Shown here: positions 20,436 through 29,241 of the stretch, one piece after another
Layout of the letters: each line of letters opens with the position of its first letter
Numbering within the stretch: position 1 is the first letter of the stretch
The notes under the pieces: model-generated
Seen by the model: the letters and a program-made list of their open reading frames with translations, nothing else
What the model was told of the DNA's origin: nothing
Database searches by the model: none
NCBI GenBank assembly: GCA_963692865.2
Contig: OY843592.1
Coordinates: forward strand, 3,712,001-3,776,000
Direction of reading: 5' to 3'
Length of the DNA: 64,000 nt
Origin: a bacterium
GTDB lineage: Bacteria > UBA8248
Made by a program: the position numbers and the translations under genes

Positions 20436-20472
20436 GAGACGGCGCCCGTTCCCGAGGCGCCGTTTTTTCTTT
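20436..20472 (+). terminator. Intrinsic terminator after cbtB
   Basis: GAGACGGCGCC...GGCGCCGTTTT stem followed by a T-run. Confidence 0.6.
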
Positions 20473-20482
20473 GAGGAACCGG

Positions 20483-20833
20483 ATGTCCGAGGATAATACG
20501 GAACTTAAGCCTTGGGGGCATTTCACCGTATTGGCGGATGAGCCGGACCACAAGGTCAAACGGGTTGTCGTTCATCCGGGGCATCGCATCAGCCTGCAGC
20601 GGCATACCCGAAGGTCCGAGCACTGGCACGCCGTATCCGGCAAGGCCCTCGTCACCCGCGAAGAAGAAGAAACCGCGTTCTCCGCCGGCGAGAGCATGGA
20701 TATACCGCAAGGGGCATGGCACAGGGTTCAAAACGAAGCGGACGCGCCCTTCGTTTTCATCGAGGTGCAGACCGGCGCCTACTTCGGCGAGGACGACATT
20801 GAACGACGCGAAGATGATTACGGGAGAGCATGA
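20483..20833 (+). CDS. Mannose-6-phosphate isomerase type II C-terminal cupin protein
   Basis: KPWG, VKRVVVHPGHRISLQRH..RSEHW, IEVQTGAYFGEDDIER. Confidence 0.9.
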   Translation: MSEDNTELKPWGHFTVLADEPDHKVKRVVVHPGHRISLQRHTRRSEHWHAVSGKALVTREEEETAFSAGESMDIPQGAWHRVQNEADAPFVFIEVQTGAYFGEDDIERREDDYGRA

Positions 20834-20924
20834 TAAGGCATTCCTGGAATAGCCGGACAAAGAAACACCCCCATCGGCACGTGAGGGTGTTTCCTGATCA
20901 ATCAGGGATGCAAACGTTTTTAAC

Positions 20925-22124
20925 CTAGCCTTTTCGAAGCTGCTCCAGCGCAACGGCCAGACGCTCCACGCCGCGCTCGCATTCTTCCGTAGAGCAGGAA
21001 TATGCGATTCTGATAAAACCCTCACCCCCAAATACGGCGCCGTTTACCGTGGCGATGGCGTGCTCGTTCAGAAGATAGTCCGCCACCTCGCCCGAGGTTT
21101 CGCCGAAGGCCTTGACGTTCGGAAACGCATAGAACGCGCCCGTGGGCTCCGCCAGCGTGACGCCCTCTATGGCGCGCAGGCCTTCTGATATCACGCGCCG
21201 CCGCTTGTCGAATTCGCGCGTCATCGCCTCCATGGGCGCCTGATCCTCGAGCACGCCGCGCGCCGCGCCGTTTTGAATGAAGGTGTTCACGCATACGGTG
21301 GTGTATTGGCGGATTTTGAGCAGGTGGCGCGTAATCTCGGGGCTCGCCACCGTCCAGCCGAGCCGCCAGCCGTCCATGCTGTAGAATTTCGAAAATCCGT
21401 TGATGATCACAGTGCGCTCCGCCATGCCGGGCTGCGAGAAAATGCTCGGGGCGCACGGCGCATCGCCGTAATATATGCGCGCATAAATCTCATCGCTCAT
21501 CACCATGAAATTGCGCCGCACCGCCAGTTCGGCGATTTTGGCGAGTTCGGATTCCGGGATCGTGCAGCCCGTGGGGTTGCCGGGCGAAGTGAGGCAAACG
21601 AGTTTCGTCTTGGGCGTCAAAACCGCCTCGATGTCCTCGGCGCGCAATGCGAAATCGTTCTCTTCTTTCGTCATCACCTCGACGGGCACGCCGCCCGCCA
21701 ACGCCGTGCAGGATTTATAATGATGCCAGTTCGGCTGCGCGATGATCACCTCATCACCCGGATTGACCAGCGCCAGCATGGAAACCATGATGCCCTCGTT
21801 CGCCCCCGCCATGACGATCACCTGCGCGTCGGGGTTCACCTCCACGCCGGTGTCGATTTCCGTCCGGTATGCAATGCCCTTGCGCAGGGCGGGGACTCCC
21901 GTGCTCGGAGCGTAGTGCACGTCGCCGCGCGCGAGGGATTCGGCGGCCCCTTGCTTGATGTGCTCGGGCGTGTCGAAATCGGTGCGGCCGATCTGCCAGT
22001 GGATGACGTCGCGGCCTTCGGCTTCGAGCCTCGCCACGGCGTCGAAAACCTTGCGAATGCCCGAGAAGGGAATCTCTTCCAAACGATCCGCGCCCACCGC
22101 CTGGGCGTCAAAAGCAGTAACCAT
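20925..22124 (-). CDS. Class I/II PLP-dependent aminotransferase
   Basis: SPGNPTG, SDEIY, GFSKFYSMDGWRLG, GAFYAFP. Start chosen after AGGAG. Confidence 0.92.
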   Translation of the reverse strand: MVTAFDAQAVGADRLEEIPFSGIRKVFDAVARLEAEGRDVIHWQIGRTDFDTPEHIKQGAAESLARGDVHYAPSTGVPALRKGIAYRTEIDTGVEVNPDAQVIVMAGANEGIMVSMLALVNPGDEVIIAQPNWHHYKSCTALAGGVPVEVMTKEENDFALRAEDIEAVLTPKTKLVCLTSPGNPTGCTIPESELAKIAELAVRRNFMVMSDEIYARIYYGDAPCAPSIFSQPGMAERTVIINGFSKFYSMDGWRLGWTVASPEITRHLLKIRQYTTVCVNTFIQNGAARGVLEDQAPMEAMTREFDKRRRVISEGLRAIEGVTLAEPTGAFYAFPNVKAFGETSGEVADYLLNEHAIATVNGAVFGGEGFIRIAYSCSTEECERGVERLAVALEQLRKG

Positions 22125-22349
22125 CCAGTGTCTCCTTGCATATGAAAATGATTTTGTAAGCGATGATTTCAAATCTCTGAAAAACGCGCTTGAAGCCGCC
22201 CCTTATAGCTTTTGAGGCCTTCAGGCGCAAGAGAGTTCTCGCCCCGGGTTATCCTCGACTACAACCAGACACTTTCTTTTTTCCGAGTTTGATATGGGGT
22301 TGGTAACTCATTGAGAACGGGGTACTGATGGCTACCGACTGCCGGATGA

Positions 22350-23138
22350 CTATAGCAAATCCCCCTGTAGAACGGTTACGGCCTTTCCCCCCAGGACGAT
22401 GCGGTCTCCAAGGATTCTCATGCGCACGACCCCGCCTCTCGTGGAGGCTTGACAGGCCGTAAGCTCTTCTTTTTTCAGGCGTTTCGCCCAAAACGGCCCC
22501 AGGCAGCAGTGGGCGGAACCCGTCACCGGGTCTTCGTTCACGCCTAGCCCTGGGGCGAAGAAACGAGATACGAAGTCATATTCAGGATTATCAGCGCGCG
22601 CCGTGACGATGCAGCCGCGCATCGGAACCGTCTGGAGAAGCCGGAAATCAGGCGTCAAAGCCCTGATCGCCGCCTCGGAGTCGGCCTCCACCAGAAAATC
22701 GAACTCGCTTTTCCCCACATAGCGGGGGGTCAGGCCGATACCCTCCACCAGGGCGTCAGGAGGCGCCGCGGGAGATTCCCGGCTTATGGGGAAATTCATC
22801 TCTATCCATTCGTCTTTCTGCTCGCAGGTCAAAACCCCGCTTTTCGTGTGAAAGATGATCGTCTCGTCGGAATCGAGATGCCCCCTCTCCCAAAGAACAT
22901 GGGCGCTCGCAAGCGTGGCGTGGCCGCAAAGATCCACCTCGCTCACGGGCGTGAACCATCGCAGGCCGTAGCCGTCTTCCTTTCTCACGACGAAAGCGGT
23001 TTCAGAGAGATTCATCTCCGCCGCCACGCGCTGCATCCATCCCTCGTCCACTTGCGCCGGCAGGATGCAGACGGCGGCCGGATTTCCCGAAAAGGGCGTA
23101 TCGGTAAAAGCATCCACCTGTACGATGGGAAACGACAT
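22350..23138 (-). CDS. PhzF-family isomerase/epimerase
   Basis: VDAFT..PFSGNPAAV, NLSETAF, EVDLCGHAT, EDPVTGSAH. Confidence 0.93.
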   Translation of the reverse strand: MSFPIVQVDAFTDTPFSGNPAAVCILPAQVDEGWMQRVAAEMNLSETAFVVRKEDGYGLRWFTPVSEVDLCGHATLASAHVLWERGHLDSDETIIFHTKSGVLTCEQKDEWIEMNFPISRESPAAPPDALVEGIGLTPRYVGKSEFDFLVEADSEAAIRALTPDFRLLQTVPMRGCIVTARADNPEYDFVSRFFAPGLGVNEDPVTGSAHCCLGPFWAKRLKKEELTACQASTRGGVVRMRILGDRIVLGGKAVTVLQGDLL

Positions 23139-23163
23139 GAAAAGTTCTCTAGAAAATATTGAA

Positions 23164-23634
23164 TCAGATACGCGTTATGACGTCGCCCGCGCGTACGGAG
23201 CCTTCGCTTAGAACCTGCGCGTTCAGCCCCGAGCGGTTGATGAGCGCGTCGTGCAGGCCATCTATCCCCAGCAAGTTTTCGAAATACCTGCACGGCTCGT
23301 TCAGGCGGACGCCGCGCATCCGCACCTCGCCCACCAGAAACTCCGCACCCACCAGATGGTTGAGCGGAACCCCTCGCGTCACGATGTTTCTCCTGCTCTG
23401 GCCCGCGTCGAGATGGATGTCGTGGTCGCGCGCAAGCGCCTCGACGGCTTCGATTTCGATGAGCGTCACCTCGCGATGAGGCCCTTGTATTTTGGAATAC
23501 GTGCCCACGCCTTCGGCGTAGCGATCTCCCGCAAGGCCTGATCCTGCAACCGCTTGCGCCTGGGCGACCTCCATCATGGGTTCCCCGCCCACCGAGGCGA
23601 TGTGAACCGAGACCACTTCGCCCTCGAAGGTCAT
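23164..23634 (-). CDS. MOSC-domain protein
   Basis: GLAGDRY, REVTLIE, RRNIVTRG, EPC, GSVRAGD. Confidence 0.9.
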   Translation of the reverse strand: MTFEGEVVSVHIASVGGEPMMEVAQAQAVAGSGLAGDRYAEGVGTYSKIQGPHREVTLIEIEAVEALARDHDIHLDAGQSRRNIVTRGVPLNHLVGAEFLVGEVRMRGVRLNEPCRYFENLLGIDGLHDALINRSGLNAQVLSEGSVRAGDVITRI

Positions 23635-23873
23635 GCTTTCACACGTTCCTGAATGAGATTAACGGCTTCTTCTTCCGCGGGAAAGTTGCCCGAGTCGAGT
23701 TTCGACCAAAGGAGTTCACCGTCGAGCACCAACTCGAAGGAGCCGACGCGAAAATTCCCGTCTTCGTTTCCGGCGATTTCCAGGTCCGGGAAATGTTTTC
23801 TTAATTCTTGAGCCAACTGCTCATATCGTGGCCCGTAGTTTCACTTTTCGCAGTATTCAACGTGAAGTTTCAT
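23631..23873 (-). CDS. SelT/SelW/SelH (Rdx) family selenoprotein with CxxU motif
   Basis: ATG at 23873 after a GAGAGGGG RBS gives MKLHVEYCEK-(TGA at 23843-23841)-NYGPRYEQLAQEL...GSFEL..DGELLWSK..GNFP. In frame with the 61-aa ORF; Rdx-family motifs on both sides of the UGA. Confidence 0.85.
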
Positions 23874-24084
23874 TCATCCCCTCTCCTCAGGAAGGCAAAA
23901 ATCCGCAAGCGGTTACATCATAGAAGAATTCAGGCCCCAGGAGAAGGAGGGGAAGAGCAAAATCACCAAACCGAATTTCCTCGCGCCTCGATAAAAATCG
24001 CGGAAGCCTTGTGCAGCTTGACTAATTGGCCGACACAAGCGAAAAATCTCCCCGATTTCCGCAGAAAAACTTCAAGGAGGAGAA

Positions 24085-25488
24085 ATGGCCGGAATCACAC
24101 GTGTGGGAGCATACATACCCTTTCACCGCCTGGGCGGTGAGGCCGTGCGGGCCGTATGGGGGGCCGGCAACCGAAGGGCGTCACGCCCGCTGGCCGGTTT
24201 CGACGAAGACCCCATCACCATGGGGGTGGAAGCGCTGATCAACGCCGCAGGCTGGGGCGATTCCGCTGTCGATTCGCTCTATTTCGCCTCCACGTCGCAT
24301 CCATACGCTGAAAAATCAAACGCCGCCGTGCTCGCCGCGGCGGCGGATCTGCCCGAAAAACTCTTCACCCTGGATGCGGGCGGCTCGGTGCGCGCGGGCG
24401 TGTCCGCGCTCAAGGCCGCCTGCGACGCCGTAGAGGCCGGATCCTCCAAAATGGCCGCCGTGGTGGCGGCGGAGAAAAGGCCCTCGCTGCCGGGAAGCCC
24501 CGATGAACTGGCCCTTTGCGACGGCGCGGCGGCGGTGCTGCTGGGCAAGGGAGACGACGTGGCCGCCGAGATCGAGGCGGTTTATTCATGGTCCGAGGAT
24601 TTCATCGACAGGTGGCGTCTGCCGGGCGAAGGATCTGTCTCCGCGGGCGACGCCAAATTCATCCAGGACTACGGATATGTGCGCCAGAGCGTCGCCACCG
24701 TGGAGGGATTACTCCAGCAAACGGGCGCCACGAGAGAGGACATCGCCCGCGTGCTCGTCTACGCTCCCGACGCCCGCACCCACGCGGCGATCACCCGAAA
24801 ACTGGGCTTTCCCGACTCGGCTTATCCCGAAAACCCCCTCATCGCGCGCTTGGGCGACTCCGGGGCGGCGGCGCCACTGCTCGCTCTCGTCGATGCCCTC
24901 CAGAACGCGGAGCCGGGCGAGCACATCATCGTGGCGGGGCACGGGAGCGGGGGCGAGGCCATCCTCCTCCGGGCGACGGAGAAGGTCCATTCTTTAAGGG
25001 CGCAGCGGGGAGTCGCCTGGTCCGTGGAGCGGGCGCGCGCCATCCCCAATTACGGTCAGTGGCTTAAATTCAATGGTTTATCGCCCGAGGAGGAGATCAG
25101 GCCCTTCACCTCGCCCAGCATCCTGTGGAAGGAAAACCGGGCGACCATGCGCCTGATGGCCGGCGTTTGCCGCTCATGCGGAGAGCTTCAGTATCCCCGC
25201 CAGCAGGTCTGCAACGCCTGCGGGGCGCGGGATGAATGGGATGAGCGTAAACTAAACCGCCGGGGCAAAATCTTCACCTTCATCCACGACTACCTGCCCC
25301 CATCGCCGGAGGGCTTCATCACGATGGCCACGGTGGAATTAGAAGGCGGCGGACGGTTTTACGGCCAGATGACGAATCACGTGAAAGACGATGTCCGCAT
25401 CGGCATGGAGTGCGAACTCACGTTCCGGCTTCTCCATCAGGGCGATGGGTATTATAATTACTTCTGGAAACTGCGCCCCGCCGAATAG
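24085..25488 (+). CDS. HMG-CoA synthase/FabH-like domain fused to a Zn-ribbon OB-fold (DUF35)
   Basis: GAYIP, DEDPITMGVEA, DGAAAVL; C-terminal CRSCG..YP...CNACG, GKIFTF, IGMECELTFR. Confidence 0.85.
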   Translation: MAGITRVGAYIPFHRLGGEAVRAVWGAGNRRASRPLAGFDEDPITMGVEALINAAGWGDSAVDSLYFASTSHPYAEKSNAAVLAAAADLPEKLFTLDAGGSVRAGVSALKAACDAVEAGSSKMAAVVAAEKRPSLPGSPDELALCDGAAAVLLGKGDDVAAEIEAVYSWSEDFIDRWRLPGEGSVSAGDAKFIQDYGYVRQSVATVEGLLQQTGATREDIARVLVYAPDARTHAAITRKLGFPDSAYPENPLIARLGDSGAAAPLLALVDALQNAEPGEHIIVAGHGSGGEAILLRATEKVHSLRAQRGVAWSVERARAIPNYGQWLKFNGLSPEEEIRPFTSPSILWKENRATMRLMAGVCRSCGELQYPRQQVCNACGARDEWDERKLNRRGKIFTFIHDYLPPSPEGFITMATVELEGGGRFYGQMTNHVKDDVRIGMECELTFRLLHQGDGYYNYFWKLRPAE

Positions 25489-25535
25489 GGCTTTATCTTT
25501 CCTCAGGGAAGACATCTTTTTTCAAGGAGTTGGAC

Positions 25536-26732
25536 ATGAGCGGAACTATCGCCGGCAAAGTCGCCATCATCGGCGCGGGCATTACGAAATTCGGGGAACT
25601 CTTTGAGCAGAGCTATAACGACCTCGTGGTGGAAGCCGCCTTCGAGGCCTATGAGGACGCCGGCGTGAGCGGCGATGACGTCGAGGCCGCGTGGCTGGGC
25701 ACGTATCTCCCGCTCGGCTGGGGCTTCGACGGCACGGGCGGCCCTTCGCTGGCGGAGGCGCTCAACTTATATCCCAAGCCCGTCTCGCGGGTCGCGAACT
25801 ACTGCACCACGGGCATGGAGGCCGTCCGCATGGCGGCGATGGCCGTGGCTTCCGGGATGCACGACGTCGTCCTCGCCGTCGGCGCAGAGAAGATGCGCGA
25901 GGTCCCGCCCCGGGGCAGCCTGGTCGCGCAACACGTTGAAAAACTTCACCCTATGTACTCGAAGGGCCGCACGGCGCCGGGCAGTTTCGCCGTCCTGGCG
26001 AGGCGGTATTTCGAGGAATTCGGCGCGGACAAGGAAGACCTGGCCGAGGTGGCGGTGAAGAACCACTACCACGGGAGCCTGAACAAGCGCGCGCACTTCA
26101 GGAAGGAGATCACCAAGGAGCAGGTACTGAAGGCCCCGCCGGTCACGGAACCCTTAGGCCTTTATGATTGCTGCCCCACGACGGACGGCGCCGCGGCGGT
26201 CGTGCTCTGCCGGGCGGAGCTGGCCGAGACGCGCTTCGACAAGAAAGACTACGTCCTGATCGACGGCATGGGCCTTTCGTGCGCGACGGGCTACATCACC
26301 ACGGCGTTCAACCCCAGGTTCAGCTTCATCGGCTTCGAGGCCACCCAGGAGGCCGCGCGACAGGCCTATGAGCAGTCCGGCGTAACGAACCCGCGCGAGG
26401 AGATAGACGTCGCGGAAGTGCATGATTGTTTTACGATTACGGAGATCCTGAACTATGAGGACTTAGGTTTCGTCGAGAAGGGCGAGGGTCCCGGTTTCGT
26501 GAAGAGCGGCGCGAGCAGGCTCGGCGGCGAACTGCCCGTGAACACCTCGGGCGGCCTCAAGAGCTGCGGCCATCCCATCGGGGCGACGGGCGCGCGCGTG
26601 GTGGCCGACCTCACGCACCAACTCCTGGGACGCTGCGGCGAGCGGCAGGTGAAGGGCGCGAGGCGGGCGCTCGGCCACACCCTGGGCGGACCGGGAGCGG
26701 TCTCCAGCGTGTTCGTCCTGAGCAGGAACTAG
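25536..26732 (+). CDS. Thiolase (SCP2-type acetyl-CoA acetyltransferase)
   Basis: VAIIGAG.TKFGE, NYCTTG, DCCPTTDGAAA, EVHDCF, NTSGGLKSCGHPIGATG. Confidence 0.92.
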   Translation: MSGTIAGKVAIIGAGITKFGELFEQSYNDLVVEAAFEAYEDAGVSGDDVEAAWLGTYLPLGWGFDGTGGPSLAEALNLYPKPVSRVANYCTTGMEAVRMAAMAVASGMHDVVLAVGAEKMREVPPRGSLVAQHVEKLHPMYSKGRTAPGSFAVLARRYFEEFGADKEDLAEVAVKNHYHGSLNKRAHFRKEITKEQVLKAPPVTEPLGLYDCCPTTDGAAAVVLCRAELAETRFDKKDYVLIDGMGLSCATGYITTAFNPRFSFIGFEATQEAARQAYEQSGVTNPREEIDVAEVHDCFTITEILNYEDLGFVEKGEGPGFVKSGASRLGGELPVNTSGGLKSCGHPIGATGARVVADLTHQLLGRCGERQVKGARRALGHTLGGPGAVSSVFVLSRN

Positions 26733-27290
26733 CCGGATGCCCCCCGGCGCGTCCGGGGGGATTTCAGCCCCGCAACTGCCCGCAAATCCGCGCATTTCCC
26801 GTCATCGCGCGGGAGGCGGGCCGTGGCAGAATTCCCCTGCGCCCGGATTCCTCGGCGTCATTCCCCAAGAAAACAATTTGCCATCTATTTATCGAAAAAC
26901 CCCCTGAATTTATCCAATTTTATACAATTTTTCAGGAATTCAATTATTCTCGAACGAACCGCCCGGCGCCCCCATCTTACCCGGATTCCCCTCCCCTCCC
27001 GCCACCGCAAATGCGGGCAAATGCGCGCGCCGGCCGCCGTCATTCACGTCGGCCCCGGGCGGAGAACGAGGGCCGCGCCCTCCCGATATGTAAAGGCCGG
27101 CCGGCGCGCAACCTCTCAGGATACTTCTGCGCGCCTCATCCACCAGGACCGCAAATACGGGGAAATGCGGAGCGCGCCGCCGAAAAAGGCCGCGGCGCCT
27201 CCCCCGGCGAGAGGCGATCCTCCCTTCCAGAGGGTCGTTGAAAAACCCGACCCCGGGAGCGAGCGCCGCGTTCCATCCCGTATTCGGAGT

Positions 27291-27561
27291 GTAGGTCAGA
27301 CATATATGTCTGACATATCATGCGACCCGTATCGTGAAGGCGAAAAGGCAGGGCCGCATGATATGCGGCCCCTACGGGTGAAAGCCCGATTGGCGCGGGA
27401 GGGAATCCCGATTATCGAACTATCCACCGTAGGGACAGGCCTCCGCGCCTGTCCTGATTTCAACCATCCTGCAAAAGGACGGCCACGGAGGGTTGTCCCT
27501 ACGTTTCGTTTCGCAGAAGTCGGCAGGTCAGACATATACGTCTGACATATCATGCGACCCG
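27291..27561. repeat. Cluster of GTAG-type REP palindromes from three sequence families
   Basis: GTAG-GTCAGACATATATGTCTGAC (27291); GGGCCGCATGATATGCGGCCC-CTAC (27351-27375); GTAG-GGACAGGC..GCCTGTCC (27429-27454); GGACGGCC..GGTTGTCC-CTAC (27477-27502); GCAG-GTCAGACATATACGTCTGAC (27523). Confidence 0.8.
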
Positions 27562-27588
27562 GCCTTTTTCGCAGCCGCCCGCTCTGTT

Positions 27589-28629
27589 TCAAGCAGGCCC
27601 CGCCGCCTCGCCTCGGGCGCGCCGGAAACGGGGGAGGACTTCCTCTCCGAGCAGCCGAATCGCGTTCATTATCTTCTCGTGCGCAAGCCCCGGAAACTGC
27701 ATGCGGAAGTGCATGGAGGTCGTTCCGAGTTCCTCCTGGTATCGCTTAATCCGGCGAACGCAGTCATCCGGCGAGCCCAGGATGAAGCGCCCCCTGAGAT
27801 TCTCCGTGGCTTCCGCGCCCCGCTTCACCGGCCTGCCCTCGTCGTCCACCAGGTGGCCCCAGTCGAGATACTCCTGGTAGTTGTAGAGCATGGGTTCGCG
27901 CGCCTCCTCCCAGGCCCGCCCGCTATCCTCGGCCACGTAGGCTTCGCGCCGCAGGGGAAACTCTGCGCGTGATGCGTCCTTGCCCGCCTCGGCCAGGGCG
28001 TCGAGATAGATTTTTTTCCGCTCCTTGAGAACCTTGAGCGGCGTTACCGGATCGGCGAGCCACGCGTCCCCCATGCGCGCGGCGCGGCGGACGGCGGCGG
28101 GCAGCTTGGCCCCCACCCAGATGGGAGGGCATGGGTTCTGCTCGGGCCGGGGCATGAGGGTGACGTCCTCCATCGGAAAGCGGGGGCCCGGGTGCGTCAC
28201 GCCGCGCTCCGTCAACAGCCTGCGGACCAGCCCGAGCGCTTCCTCGAAGCGTGCGGCGCGATCCTCGAAAGGGACGCCGAAGGCCGCGAATTCCTCCCGC
28301 CTGTAGCCGAGCCCCACCCCCAGCACGAAGCGGCCCCGGGACATGATGTCCAGCACCGCGGCGTCCTCGGCCACCGCCAGCGGGTGGTAGAAGGGGAGGA
28401 GGAGGACGCAGGTGCCGACCCGCATCTTCTCCGTCCGGGTGGCGATGCCCGCGGCGGTGACCATGTTGGAGGGGAAGTAGCCGTTGTCCTCCACCATGTG
28501 GTGTTCGCTCGTCGTCACCATGTCGAAGCCGTAGCTCTCCGCCAGGGCGATCTGCTCGAGCGAATTGTGGTAGGCCTCCACCCAGTGCCCGGTGCGGGAC
28601 TGGTAGCTGTAGTGCAGGGCGAATTTCAT
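27589..28629 (-). CDS. LLM-class flavin/F420-dependent oxidoreductase
   Basis: GFDMVTTSEHH, HPLAVAEDAAVLD, SRGRFVLGVGLGY, PPIWVG, RRAARMGDAW. Confidence 0.9.
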   Translation of the reverse strand: MKFALHYSYQSRTGHWVEAYHNSLEQIALAESYGFDMVTTSEHHMVEDNGYFPSNMVTAAGIATRTEKMRVGTCVLLLPFYHPLAVAEDAAVLDIMSRGRFVLGVGLGYRREEFAAFGVPFEDRAARFEEALGLVRRLLTERGVTHPGPRFPMEDVTLMPRPEQNPCPPIWVGAKLPAAVRRAARMGDAWLADPVTPLKVLKERKKIYLDALAEAGKDASRAEFPLRREAYVAEDSGRAWEEAREPMLYNYQEYLDWGHLVDDEGRPVKRGAEATENLRGRFILGSPDDCVRRIKRYQEELGTTSMHFRMQFPGLAHEKIMNAIRLLGEEVLPRFRRARGEAAGPA

Positions 28630-28753
28630 GGCTCCTCCTCCTGAACGCTCCGTGAACTTCTTTCAGAAAAATTCCTGTCCGCGCCGCAGCCGGATGCCCT
28701 GGGGGCCCGCTGAAAAGCCCTCGCGGGTTGGATCAAACCACTCCCCCCTTGGG

Positions 28754-28950
28754 GGGGCTGTTGAAAAAGTCCCGCAATTGCCGGAATGACGGCGACGGGG
28801 CGCTGCCTTCCCGAAGGGTGTGTAGGTCAGACATATATGTCCGACATATCATGCGACCCGGATTTTCATGCCTCCTGCGAACGGGCCGCATCATATGCGG
28901 CCCCTACAAACCCCTCTGCTTTTCTCCTGCACGGCTTTTTCAACAACCCC
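28754..28950. mobile_element. Putative MITE (197 bp) carrying a REP pair
   Basis: Terminal inverted repeats GGGGCTGTTGAAAAAGTC (28754-28771) and GGCTTTTTCAACAACCCC (28933-28950) match at 16/18. Internal REPs at 28822-28860 and 28883-28907. No transposase ORF. Confidence 0.6.
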
Positions 28951-29241
28951 TTGAGGGTCGGGCTTCCCGAGGGGAAAGCCCGACGAAGAGGCCGAGCGGT
29001 TTGTGCGAAGGCCAATTCGGTGGGGGGTGGAATGCGCTTTGTCGCCACTCCGAATCATACCCCCCACCGGCGCGACTTCGGGCTTCGCCCTCGTCTTGCC
29101 GTCGGTCTTCCCGAGGAAGAAAAACCGACCCTCAAGGGGGGAGTGGCTCCTCTCTCCTCGGCCTTTTTCAACATCCCCCTTCAAGCCCCCTTTCCGCCGG
29201 AATTTCCGCCGGCGGAATCAGGCCATGCCCCAGACCGAAGG

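Noticed and set aside
27060-27125. Possible glycine-riboswitch aptamer (GGAGA..hairpin..CCGA..AACCTCTCAGG)
   Set aside because: The core GAAGG is missing, there is no second aptamer, and no same-strand gene lies downstream. An Infernal search against the glycine model would settle it.
26823-27545. 240-aa ORF, and likewise the 465-aa ORF at 28786-30183
   Set aside because: They translate REP/MITE DNA (the repeated VGQTYMSDISCDP) or the antisense strand of tctC.
27291-28907. CRISPR array suggested by recurring 39-bp repeats
   Set aside because: Only three copies with irregular spacing, one over 1 kb away. The GTAG-palindrome structure fits REPs, and there are no cas genes.
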